A stretch of DNA of 64,000 nucleotides from contig CAWJJC010000023.1 of assembly GCA_963843145.1 (NCBI GenBank), positions 32,001 through 96,000 on the forward strand, read 5' to 3'. Each line of letters starts with the position of its first letter. The first letter of the stretch is position 1. The position numbers and the translations under genes were made by a program. Source of the DNA: an uncultured delta proteobacterium (lineage in GTDB: Bacteria; Desulfobacterota; RBG-13-43-22). The notes under the pieces are model-generated. The model was not told the DNA's origin. It saw only the letters and a program-made list of their open reading frames with translations, and did not search any database. This document shows, one piece after another, positions 39,097-48,290 of the stretch.

Positions 39097-40475
39097 GACG
39101 TAAAGATCTTGCCGGGATTGAGGATGTGATTCGGATCAAAGAGGTCCTTGATTTTTTTCATCAGGGCCAGGGGCAGCGGATCGATTTCCCAGGACAGGTA
39201 GGACGCTTTAGCCAGACCGATTCCATGCTCCCCCGAAAGGGTGCCTCCCAGTTCGATAACGGTCCTGAATATATCTTCAACAGCTAGGTGGGCTTTGTCC
39301 TCTTGGTTGGATATTTTTTTATCAAACATGACATTCACATGAATATTGCCGTCTCCGGCGTGCCCGAAACAGACCACCAAAAGGTCGAATCGGCGCCCGA
39401 TTTCCTGGAATCTGCGGATGGCTTCAGGAATATGCGCCCGGGGCACCACGATGTCTTCATTGATCTTATTGGGGCGGATGCGAAAAAGGGCGGGGGAGAT
39501 GGATCGCCGGGCCTTCCAGAGATCCTCCGCCTCCTGAGGTGACGAAGCGGTCCGGATCCCTACGGCTCCCAGTTGTTCGCAGGCCTGGACCACCCGGCGG
39601 CTCTGACGATTCACCAGGTCCCGATCTCCATCGACCTCGATAAGCAGGGCGGCTTCCGCCTCCCGGGGGAAATCCAGATCTAAAAACTGGTCCACCGCCT
39701 GAAGGGAGGGTTGATCCATGAATTCCAAGCTGGAGGGGACGATGCCGGCCTGTAATATTTCCACCACCGCCCGGGTGGCTAAATCCAGCCGGTCAAAAAA
39801 AACCAATACCGGCTGACGGGTTTCGGGCTTAGGCAGCAGCTTAACCGTGAATTCAGTAAAAATCCCCAAGGTCCCTTCCGAGCCGACCAATAGGCGGGTC
39901 AGGTCATAACCCACCACCCCTTTGGCGGTTCGGGTACCGGTCTTCAGAATTTCACCGGTCGGCAGGACCACGGTCAAACCCAGGATGTAATCTCGGGTCA
40001 CCCCGTATTTCACCGCCCGGGCGCCTCCGGCACACTCGGCCACATTCCCTCCCAAAGTGGAAAAACGTAAGGAAGCAGGATCGGGAGGATAGAAAAGGCC
40101 CACCGCTTCCACTGCGGTTTGCAGGTCTCGGTTGACCACGCCCGGTTCAACCACGGCCAAGAAATTCTGGGTATCGATATTTCTGATTCGGTTAAACCGG
40201 CTCATGACCAGAACCAGTCCCCCCTGAATCGGAACCGACCCGCCGCTCATCCCGGATCCGGCCCCTCGGGGGATCACCGGGAACCGGTATTCATTCGCTA
40301 ATCTCAAAATAGCGCTGATTTCTTCAGCGCTCCCGGGAAAAGCTACGGCCTCGGGCATCGCCTGGAAGGCGGTGGCGTCGTAGGCATAGCACTTCAGTTC
40401 AGTTTCCTGATCGGTGATCTGCCCCGGACCAACGATTTCACTTAGGGCCTGATAGGTTTCCTGGCTGAAAGGCAT
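39093..40475 (-). CDS. glcD: FAD-linked oxidase (GlcD / D-lactate dehydrogenase family)
   Basis: PRGAGSG, YPPDPAS, GSEGTLG, GHAGDGNIH, SGEHGIG and LNPGK motifs. Confidence 0.88.
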   Translation of the reverse strand: MPFSQETYQALSEIVGPGQITDQETELKCYAYDATAFQAMPEAVAFPGSAEEISAILRLANEYRFPVIPRGAGSGMSGGSVPIQGGLVLVMSRFNRIRNIDTQNFLAVVEPGVVNRDLQTAVEAVGLFYPPDPASLRFSTLGGNVAECAGGARAVKYGVTRDYILGLTVVLPTGEILKTGTRTAKGVVGYDLTRLLVGSEGTLGIFTEFTVKLLPKPETRQPVLVFFDRLDLATRAVVEILQAGIVPSSLEFMDQPSLQAVDQFLDLDFPREAEAALLIEVDGDRDLVNRQSRRVVQACEQLGAVGIRTASSPQEAEDLWKARRSISPALFRIRPNKINEDIVVPRAHIPEAIRRFQEIGRRFDLLVVCFGHAGDGNIHVNVMFDKKISNQEDKAHLAVEDIFRTVIELGGTLSGEHGIGLAKASYLSWEIDPLPLALMKKIKDLFDPNHILNPGKIFTS

Positions 40476-40493
40476 GGAATTTATAATACTGGC

Positions 40494-41420
40494 TTAATAT
40501 CCAAATTCGGTTAGGGCGGCCGGGTTTGAATGTCGGACCTTCAGCGTTTGCAAATGATCGACCGGAACTCGCTCTAAATACTCCCGGCGGCTTCCCACCC
40601 CGTAGACCCATTCCTGGAACCATTCCCGGCTGCCCTCCTCAGTTCGGGTGGCCCGGGCATATTCCGGATAGACCGGGTCATCGTGGCCGTAATAGCCTTG
40701 AACCGCTGACGGGTGGGCGCCCCAAGGCTCTTCCACCACTCCTGAGACGGTAAACCCCGGGATGATAGTCCGGTTGGGATCGCTGCGGATCACCTCCGGG
40801 TCAACGATCTCCTCAGTAATAATGAGCACCGCTTTGGCGGCTCTGGCCGCCGCGGCGCTGACGCCCATGTTCCCCCAGAGATGGGCGTTTCCCTGGGGAT
40901 CGGCTCGCTGGACATGAATAATGGCCAGGTCGGGCTCCATGGCCCGAACCAGCAGCAGCGGATCCCCGGTGAAAGGGCAGGGGCTCACCTTAAACGCCGG
41001 ATTGTCCCGAATGATGTGGGAGCCCAGCAAGGTACGGGCGGGGAGATAAGGAACCCCTAAGGCAGCGGCCTGCAAACCCAGGGCAATGGTAAAATTGGAG
41101 TGATTTTCCATCACCAGGGGGTGCGGCCTTCCCTGCTCCACGGCCCGGCGCAGATGATACCCGATTCCGGTACTGACATTGCCTACCCAAGCGGCCTGGA
41201 TCCGGGTAACACAGCCTCCCCCGATCAATTGATCGAAGAGCATATCGGATATCGGCCCGATTAGGGTTAGGTCTCTGATGCCTTGACGGATTAATTCGTG
41301 CCCGGCGGCAAAAGGAATCAATCCCTCCAGGGAAGTGCCCAAGGCTATGGACATACCGGGGGTAACCAGTCTGGAAACGGCCTCGGGCATGGACATCAGC
41401 TTGGATTCGGTCAAAAACAT
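40494..41420 (-). CDS. CoA-transferase subunit A (glutaconate CoA-transferase GctA-like)
   Basis: PFAAGHELIRQG, AAALGVPYLP, PDLAIIHVQRAD..GN and PWGAHPS motifs. Start reassigned to MFLTESK. Confidence 0.88.
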   Translation of the reverse strand: MFLTESKLMSMPEAVSRLVTPGMSIALGTSLEGLIPFAAGHELIRQGIRDLTLIGPISDMLFDQLIGGGCVTRIQAAWVGNVSTGIGYHLRRAVEQGRPHPLVMENHSNFTIALGLQAAALGVPYLPARTLLGSHIIRDNPAFKVSPCPFTGDPLLLVRAMEPDLAIIHVQRADPQGNAHLWGNMGVSAAAARAAKAVLIITEEIVDPEVIRSDPNRTIIPGFTVSGVVEEPWGAHPSAVQGYYGHDDPVYPEYARATRTEEGSREWFQEWVYGVGSRREYLERVPVDHLQTLKVRHSNPAALTEFGY

Positions 41421-41472
41421 AAGTTGATTAATGTAACATTTGTATTTTAAAAAGAAAAGAGGTAAAAAGATA

Positions 41473-41501
41473 TTGACAAAAGACTCATTTTTTTTGATAG
41501 T
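41473..41501 (+). promoter_or_regulatory. Putative sigma-70 promoter of the thiolase/acyl-CoA dehydrogenase operon
   Basis: TTGACA-N17-GATAGT. Confidence 0.6.
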
Positions 41502-41595
41502 TACAAGTTTAATGGACTTACCGGTTGCGAGGTTATCAAGATTGTAAGCCGCCGGAGGGGGATAAACCCCTTTCCGGTCAAAAAAGGAGGAAGGT

Positions 41596-42771
41596 ATGCG
41601 GGAAGTGGTCATAGTCAGCGGTACCCGGACCCCCATCGGACGGTTCGGTGGCACACTAAAGGATGTAAGCGACATGGACATAGGCGCCTTGGTCATTCGA
41701 GAGGCCCTCAAGCGGGCCGGGATATCAGGGGAACAGGTGGATGAGGTAATCTTCGCTTCCGGGTATCGGACCGGCGATCTGCCCATCAATTCAGCTCGAG
41801 TGGTGGCTGTCAAGGGCGGGATTCCCATCGAAAAACCCCAGTTTACCATTACCAAGGCCTGCGGTGGAAGCCTGAGGGCCGTATCCCTGGCCGCCCAGAT
41901 CATCAAGAGCGGGGATGCGGATGTTATCGTGGCCGGCGGCATGGAGGTTATGAGTCGGGCGGCCTATCTGTTGAAAAATGCCCGCTGGGGATATCGTCTG
42001 GGTCATGGACAACTAATGGACCAATTAATCCTCTTTGACCCCCTGTCCGGAAATACCATGGGAGAGACCGCAGAAAACGTGGCCGTCAAATATCAGGTGA
42101 CCCGCCAGGAGCAGGATGAGCTGGCCTTGATCAGCCAGCAGCGGGCCGAAGCCGCCATCAAGGGTGGAAAATTCAAAGAAGAAATAGTTCCGGTGGAAAT
42201 CCCCCAGAAGAAAAAGCCTCCTCTGGTCTTTGATACCGACGAGCACCCCCGGTTGGGAACCACCATGGAGGCCCTGGTCAAGCTGCAGCCGGCCTTTAAG
42301 AAAGACGGTACGGTAACGGCCGGCAATTCCAGCGGGATGAACGACGGGGGTTCCGCATTGATCGTCATGGCCAGGGAAAAAGCCGAGGCCTTGGGATTAA
42401 AACCTTTAGCCACCATCGTCTCCTACGCCTCAGCCGGTGTCGAACCTTCCCTGATGGGCATCGGTCCTATCCCGGCCACTCGAATGGCCCTGGAAAAAGC
42501 CGGGTTGACTGTTAATGATCTGGATTTGATCGAGCTCAACGAGGCCTTTGCCTCTCAAGCGGTAGTCTGCATTAAGGAATTGGGTATGCATCTGGACAAG
42601 GTCAATGTGAACGGCGGGGCCATTGCCCTGGGGCATCCGATTTCCGCCTCGGGCGGGTGTTTGCTGGTTAAGCTGCTTTATGAGATGGGTCGACGAAAAG
42701 CCCGCTACGGCCTGACTACCATGTGCATCGGCGGCGGCCAGGGAATTGCCCTGATTGTTGAACGAAAGTAA
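41596..42771 (+). CDS. Acetyl-CoA C-acetyltransferase (thiolase)
   Basis: KACGGS, NEAFA, GHPISASG and CIGGGQG motifs. Confidence 0.96.
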   Translation: MREVVIVSGTRTPIGRFGGTLKDVSDMDIGALVIREALKRAGISGEQVDEVIFASGYRTGDLPINSARVVAVKGGIPIEKPQFTITKACGGSLRAVSLAAQIIKSGDADVIVAGGMEVMSRAAYLLKNARWGYRLGHGQLMDQLILFDPLSGNTMGETAENVAVKYQVTRQEQDELALISQQRAEAAIKGGKFKEEIVPVEIPQKKKPPLVFDTDEHPRLGTTMEALVKLQPAFKKDGTVTAGNSSGMNDGGSALIVMAREKAEALGLKPLATIVSYASAGVEPSLMGIGPIPATRMALEKAGLTVNDLDLIELNEAFASQAVVCIKELGMHLDKVNVNGGAIALGHPISASGGCLLVKLLYEMGRRKARYGLTTMCIGGGQGIALIVERK

Positions 42772-42827
42772 GACCTCCAATCGTTTTCGTGTTTTGAACT
42801 TCGGATCTATAATGTAAGAATCAACTC

Positions 42828-43982
42828 ATGTTTCTTCATCTCAGCCCGGAACAGCGGGCGCTTCAAAAACAGGTTCAGGCCTTGGTGGCGGAACGGATCG
42901 CCCCGCGGGCGGCGGAAATCGATGCCCGGGACGAGTTCCCTCAGGAAAGCTACCTGGCCTTCAAGGAGACCGGCCTGCTCAAGCTGTCCCTTCCCAGGGA
43001 GTACGGCGGGATAGGGGCGGATGCCACCACCCTCTGCCTGGTGATTGAGGAGATCTCCAAGGCCTCCCCGGCCTCGGCCTTGTTGGTCTTTCCCACCCAG
43101 GCCGTGATCCGAACCATCCGGGAAGTGGGCACGGAGGAACAAAAGCAACGTTTCTTTTCCGCTATGTCGGCCGGGGACAAACTGGCCGCCTTCTGTCTGA
43201 CCGAGCCCAGCTACGGCTCTGATGCCGGGTCCCTGCAAACCCGGGCGAACCTGGAAGGTGATCACTATCTGGTGAACGGATCCAAAACCTATATCACCCA
43301 AGGCCCACACGCTCATTTCTACCTGGTTTTTGTCCGAACCGGGCCCGGGAAACGGACGGCCGGCATCAGCGGGCTTATTATCCCGCGTGATACCCCGGGA
43401 TTATCCTTCGGAAGAAAAGAGCGCAAAATGGGGCTGGGGGGATCGGTCACTGCCGAGATGATCTTTAAGGATGTCCGGGTGCCCAAAGATAATCTGCTCC
43501 TCTCCGAGGGGCAGGGATGGACTATTCTTTCGCGGCACTCCAACCCCATGAGGGTCTGGGGGGCCGCCTCCATGGCCCTGGGAATCGCCGAAGGAGCTTA
43601 CGAGGCCGCTCTGGAATTTGCCAAAAGAAGGGTCCAATTCAAACGAAAAATAGCGGCCTTCCAAAGTATCCGCTTCATGCTGGCCGACATGATAATGTCC
43701 ATCGAGGCTACCAAATCTATGATTTACCGGACCGCCGGTTTGATCGACGCCGGGGAGGGCACCTTTCGGGATATTGAAACCCTGGTATCCATGTCCAAGT
43801 GTTATGCTTCCGACATGGCTATGAAGGTAACCATCGATGCCGTTCAAATCTTCGGCGGGGCCGGGGTTCTCAAGGGCTGCCCGGTGGAGCGAATGATGCG
43901 GGACGCCAAAGCGATTCAAATTTTCGATGGCAGCAACCAGATTCAACGGATGATCGTTTCGAAAAATATTATTTTAGATTAA
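42828..43982 (+). CDS. Acyl-CoA dehydrogenase
   Basis: FCLTEP..GSD, NGSKTYIT, RVQF, QIFGGAG and RDAK..QIFDGSNQI motifs. Confidence 0.94.
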   Translation: MFLHLSPEQRALQKQVQALVAERIAPRAAEIDARDEFPQESYLAFKETGLLKLSLPREYGGIGADATTLCLVIEEISKASPASALLVFPTQAVIRTIREVGTEEQKQRFFSAMSAGDKLAAFCLTEPSYGSDAGSLQTRANLEGDHYLVNGSKTYITQGPHAHFYLVFVRTGPGKRTAGISGLIIPRDTPGLSFGRKERKMGLGGSVTAEMIFKDVRVPKDNLLLSEGQGWTILSRHSNPMRVWGAASMALGIAEGAYEAALEFAKRRVQFKRKIAAFQSIRFMLADMIMSIEATKSMIYRTAGLIDAGEGTFRDIETLVSMSKCYASDMAMKVTIDAVQIFGGAGVLKGCPVERMMRDAKAIQIFDGSNQIQRMIVSKNIILD

Positions 43983-43993
43983 GGAGAATTATT

Positions 43994-45157
43994 ATGGATT
44001 TTGAATTATCGGAAGAATTGCAAGCGGTACGGGAGATGGCCCGCGATTTTGGAGCCGAAAAGATCGCCCCCTTTGCCGACAAGTGGGATATGGACCATTA
44101 TTTTCCCTATCAGGAAGTCATCAAGCCCATGGGCGAACTGGGATTTTTCGGGACGGTGATCCCTGAAGAATACGGTGGGAACAATATGGGCTGGCTGGCG
44201 GCCATGATCCTGACCGAGGAGCTCGCCCGAGCCTCTAGTTCTCTGCGGGTTCAGATCAATATGCTGGCCCTGGGCTGCGCCTTCACTATATTTCGCTACG
44301 GATCCGAGGGCTTAAAGGAAAAATATATCTCCAAGCTGGTCAACGCCGAATACCTGGGCGGTTTTGGCATCACCGAACCCAACGCCGGTTCGGATGTCAT
44401 GTCCCTGAAATCCACGGCCGAGGACAAAGGGGATCATTGGTTGATCAACGGTTCCAAGACCTGGATCTCCAATGCCAGTATCGCCGACGTACTCATTTAT
44501 TACGCTTACACCGATCGCTCGGCCGGCGGCCGGGGCCTGTCGGCCTTTGTCATCGAGCCGCGGAATTTCAACGGGATTTCCACCACCGATCTGGACAAGC
44601 TAGGTTCCCGCTCGTCCCCCACCGGGGAGCTTTACCTGGAGGATACCCGCGTTCCCAAGGAAAATATCCTGGGCAAACCCGGAGACGGGGCCAAGATCGT
44701 TTTTGGTTCCCTCAATCAGACCCGGCTCTCGGCGGCCGCCGGCGGCGTGGGACTGGCCCAGGCCTGTCTGGACAGCGTGACCAAGTACTGCAACGAGCGC
44801 GAACAGTTCGGCAAACCCATCGGTCAGTTCCAGATGAACCAGGACATGGTGGCCCAGATGACCGTGGAGATTGAAGCCGCTCGGTTGCTGGTTTATAAAG
44901 CCGCCTGGCAGAAAGATCAGGGCAACCTGAACAACAATTTAGAAGTGGCCATGGCCAAATACTTCGCCGGCGAGGTGGTCAACAAGGCCTCCAATTTCGC
45001 CCTGCGGATTTTAGGGGCTTACGGCTATTCCACCGAATACCCGGTGGCCCGGTATTACCGGGATGCCCCCACCTATTTCATGGTGGAAGGCTCGGCCAAT
45101 ATCTGCAAATGGATCGTGGCCCTGGATCAGTTGGGCATCCGGAAAGCGAACAAGTAG
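43994..45157 (+). CDS. acd: Glutaryl-CoA dehydrogenase, non-decarboxylating (glutaconyl-CoA-forming)
   Basis: SSSLRVQ and MVEGSANICK (Val before the catalytic Glu, as in the Desulfococcus enzyme), adjacent to gcdA. Confidence 0.88.
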   Translation: MDFELSEELQAVREMARDFGAEKIAPFADKWDMDHYFPYQEVIKPMGELGFFGTVIPEEYGGNNMGWLAAMILTEELARASSSLRVQINMLALGCAFTIFRYGSEGLKEKYISKLVNAEYLGGFGITEPNAGSDVMSLKSTAEDKGDHWLINGSKTWISNASIADVLIYYAYTDRSAGGRGLSAFVIEPRNFNGISTTDLDKLGSRSSPTGELYLEDTRVPKENILGKPGDGAKIVFGSLNQTRLSAAAGGVGLAQACLDSVTKYCNEREQFGKPIGQFQMNQDMVAQMTVEIEAARLLVYKAAWQKDQGNLNNNLEVAMAKYFAGEVVNKASNFALRILGAYGYSTEYPVARYYRDAPTYFMVEGSANICKWIVALDQLGIRKANK

Positions 45158-45195
45158 GGGCAGCATGCCTCGCCGAAAAGCAGCTAACGATAGTT

Positions 45196-45291
45196 GGGAA
45201 TGATGGAATATTGGGATGGTGGAATAAAGGCAGTCTGAAAATAGCCTTTCTCCATCCCATTGTTCCACTATTCCATCATTCCATTATTCCC
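45196..45291. repeat. Inverted array of degenerate 8-mer tandem repeats (GGAATRAT-like)
   Basis: GGAATGAT GGAATATT GGGATGGT GGAATAAA ... TGTTCCAC TATTCCAT CATTCCAT TATTCCC. Confidence 0.8.
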
Positions 45292-45325
45292 GAACGTATT
45301 TCAGACCTGAGGAGGTTTTTTAACG

Positions 45326-47101
45326 ATGCACCCTTATTTTAAGAAAATGGACGACTTGGGCAAGCCTTTAAAGCCCGCTCAGTTCGACAAGATGGCGGAA
45401 AACCGGGCCCAGATCGATGCGGTCCTGATGGAAGTGGCGGCCGAGGTCGAGCGGGTCAAAAACGCGGGTTTACCGGCCGAAAAAATCCATAAACGAGGGG
45501 AGATGACTGTTTGGGATCGGATCGAGTATCTGATCGATCCCGGGACCTTCTGTCCCTTGCATACCCTTTACAATCCCCGGGACAATGAAGAAGGGATGAC
45601 CGGGGTAATCGACGGCCTGGCCCGGATCAGGGGCAAGTGGTGCGTCCTGATCGGGTTCGACAACAAGGTGATGGCCGGGGCCTGGATCGCCGGGCAGGCG
45701 GAAAACCAGCTTCGGGTGACCGATCTGGCCAAACGGCTCCGAATCCCTCTGGTTTGGCTGGTCAACTGTTCCGGGGTCAAGCTCCCTGAGCAGCAGGAAG
45801 TATATGCCGACCGGCGCGGCAACGGGACCACCTTCTTCCGCCATGCCGAACTGGAACAAATGGGCATCCCCATCCTGGCCGGGATCTACGGCACCAACCC
45901 GGCCGGCGGCGGATACCAGGGAATCAGCCCGACCATTCTGCTGGCGCACAAAAACGCCAACATCGCTGTCGGGGGAGGCGGGATCGTCAGCGGCATGACC
46001 CCTAAAGGGTCCTTTGATGAAGAAGGGGCCGAACAGATTATTGAGGCCACCCGTCATTTCAAACAAGTTCCGCCGGGCAGCGTGGGGGTCCACTTCGACC
46101 AAACCGGCTTTTTCCGGGAGGTCTATGAAAATGAAACCGAAGTCCTGGAGGCCCTCAAGGGATACATGGCCGAGATGCCGGCCTATCATCCCCGGTTTTT
46201 TCGGGTGGCCGAACCGGCCGAACCCAAGTTCCCTTTGTCCGATCTGCCTTCCCTGATTGCCTTCAACCAGAAAGCGGTTTACGATTTCGACAATTTCTTG
46301 GCCCGGCTGGTCGACAACAGCGAGCACCTGGAATTCCGCCCCGGGTTCGGCCCGGAGGTCTATACCGGCTTGGTGAAGATCGACGGTTTCCTGATGGGGG
46401 TGATCGGCAACCGGCAGGGATTTCTCGGTCCCCAGTATCCGGAATACACCAACGAATACATGGGGGTCGGCGGCAAGCTTTACCGCCAGGGTTTAATCAA
46501 GATGAACGAATTCGTCACCCAGTGCGGCCGGGACCGAGTGCCGGTTATTTGGTTTCAGGATACCTCGGGAATTGACGTGGGCGATATCGCCGAAAAGGCA
46601 GAACTCCTGGGGTTGGGCCAGTCGTTGATCTACTCCATCGAGCAGACGGATGTGCCTATGATGCTGGTGGCCCTGCGCAAAGGCACGGCGGCGGCCCATT
46701 ACATCATGGGTGGGCCGACGGCCAACAACCACAACGCCTTCACCCTGGGCACGGCCACCACCGAAATCTACGTCATGCACGGGGAAACCGCCGCGGTGGC
46801 TTCCTTCGCCCGCCGGCTGGTGAAAGAAAAGGACGCCGGCCGCCCCCTCCAGCCGACCATCGACAAGATGAACGAACTGGCGCAACAGTACTATAACAAT
46901 TCCCGTCCGGTCTACTGCGCCAAACGGGGTTTCGTGGACGAGATCGTCCGCTACGAAGACCTACGGAAGTACCTGGTGGCCTTCACCGATTCCGCCTACC
47001 AGAATCCAAAATCGATTTGCCCCCAGCACCACCTGATGCTGCCTCGCTTGATCCGGGCGCAGATCGTCAAAGGTTTGGACCGGCCGAAAAAGGAAAGCTA
47101 A
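45326..47101 (+). CDS. gcdA: Glutaconyl-CoA decarboxylase alpha (carboxyltransferase) subunit
   Basis: NCSGVKL, GTNPAGGGY, GGKLYRQGL, QDTSGIDVG, RKGTAAAHY and SICPQH motifs. Confidence 0.93.
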   Translation: MHPYFKKMDDLGKPLKPAQFDKMAENRAQIDAVLMEVAAEVERVKNAGLPAEKIHKRGEMTVWDRIEYLIDPGTFCPLHTLYNPRDNEEGMTGVIDGLARIRGKWCVLIGFDNKVMAGAWIAGQAENQLRVTDLAKRLRIPLVWLVNCSGVKLPEQQEVYADRRGNGTTFFRHAELEQMGIPILAGIYGTNPAGGGYQGISPTILLAHKNANIAVGGGGIVSGMTPKGSFDEEGAEQIIEATRHFKQVPPGSVGVHFDQTGFFREVYENETEVLEALKGYMAEMPAYHPRFFRVAEPAEPKFPLSDLPSLIAFNQKAVYDFDNFLARLVDNSEHLEFRPGFGPEVYTGLVKIDGFLMGVIGNRQGFLGPQYPEYTNEYMGVGGKLYRQGLIKMNEFVTQCGRDRVPVIWFQDTSGIDVGDIAEKAELLGLGQSLIYSIEQTDVPMMLVALRKGTAAAHYIMGGPTANNHNAFTLGTATTEIYVMHGETAAVASFARRLVKEKDAGRPLQPTIDKMNELAQQYYNNSRPVYCAKRGFVDEIVRYEDLRKYLVAFTDSAYQNPKSICPQHHLMLPRLIRAQIVKGLDRPKKES

Positions 47102-47145
47102 GAAGGGATTCGATCCCTTCCGAAAATTATCCGAATTAGAGCTCG

Positions 47146-47186
47146 ACAAGGTCCAGGCGATTCATCTTGCCTGGACCTTGTATTTT
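47146..47186 (+). terminator. Rho-independent terminator
   Basis: 13-bp stem ACAAGGTCCAGGC / GCCTGGACCTTGT followed by ATTTT. Confidence 0.75.
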
Positions 47187-47257
47187 AAAGCTCCGAAATT
47201 GGAGAGTGTGGGTGCAGTCGCACCCCAAAAAAGATCGCCGGGAGTGGTTTTTTAGTT

Positions 47258-47284
47258 TAGGAAAATCCGCCCTTCTGCCGATAA
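47258..47284 (+). promoter_or_regulatory. Possible sigma-28 promoter
   Basis: Perfect -10 GCCGATAA at 47277-47284, with a weak -35 (TAGG) at N15 spacing. Confidence 0.4.
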
Positions 47285-47370
47285 GTTAGGCATTCCGCAG
47301 TCTGTCTTATTCAAACTTCAATCCTTATTCTTTCCACAGAACCCATCCCTCAGGGGGGGTTGGGGCGGAG

Positions 47371-48279
47371 GTGCAAAAAATGAAACATCGGCTGGTCTTC
47401 GGTGGTTTAACCGCCACAATTATCCTAGTTTTGGGGATGGTTCACCCGGTTTGGCCGGATAATAAACTGTTTTTACCCTTGGTTATTACATCAGCCAATC
47501 CCCAGCCGACTACGGCCATTATCGTAGACCACACCAGCACCGATTTGAGTAAGATCCCGGCCCAGTGGATTACCCAGGCCAAAACGATGTTGCGGGCCAG
47601 TTACGGCCATACCTCCCATGGCAGCCAGTTGATTACCGGGATGCAGGCCATTGAGAGTAATAGTTCTCTAAACGTGAATCATCTTTTTGATTTCAATACC
47701 AGCGGGACCGCAGAAACGGGGGTTCAGTCTATAAAAGATTCCACCCCATCCGGGGACCTGGGAAACCCGGATCGAACCTCCTGGGCCAGCCGGACGCAGG
47801 ATTACTTGAAGAGCACCGCGGGTCAGAACCGCAATCTGGTGGTCTGGTCCTGGTGCGGACAGGCGGATACCTCCAACCCGGCCGATATAGACACCTATTT
47901 GAATTTGATGAACCAGTTGGAGAATGAATTTCCGAATGTCCGTTTTGTCTACATGACCGGCCATTTGGTGGGAAGCGGTCCTAGCGGCGACCTATATCAA
48001 CGCAACGATCAAATCCGGAATTATGTCCGGACCCACAACAAAATCCTCTTCGATTTTGCCGACATCGAAAGCTACGCCCCGGACGGGACCTATTATCCTA
48101 ATGAAAGCGACGGCTGCAACTGGTGTTCCGCCTGGTGCAGCGCCCACCCGGCCGACTGCACCAACCTGCCTCCCCTCGGGTCCTGCGCCCATTCTCACGA
48201 GTTCAACTGCTACCGCAAGGGAATCGCCTTCTGGTGGCTTCTGGCCCGTCTGGCCGGTTGGGATGGGGCAACTCAGTAA
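47371..48279 (+). CDS. Secreted hypothetical protein (possible SGNH-like hydrolase) with FLPLV motif
   Basis: Signal peptide, KLFLPLV, YGHTSHGSQ, WSWCGQ, FDFADIES and a Cys-rich C-terminus. Confidence 0.8.
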   Translation: MQKMKHRLVFGGLTATIILVLGMVHPVWPDNKLFLPLVITSANPQPTTAIIVDHTSTDLSKIPAQWITQAKTMLRASYGHTSHGSQLITGMQAIESNSSLNVNHLFDFNTSGTAETGVQSIKDSTPSGDLGNPDRTSWASRTQDYLKSTAGQNRNLVVWSWCGQADTSNPADIDTYLNLMNQLENEFPNVRFVYMTGHLVGSGPSGDLYQRNDQIRNYVRTHNKILFDFADIESYAPDGTYYPNESDGCNWCSAWCSAHPADCTNLPPLGSCAHSHEFNCYRKGIAFWWLLARLAGWDGATQ

Positions 48280-48290
48280 TTATTCATCCC

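Noticed and set aside
45196-45291. CRISPR array
   Set aside because: The units are 8 bp, degenerate and inverted, with no spacers and no cas genes.
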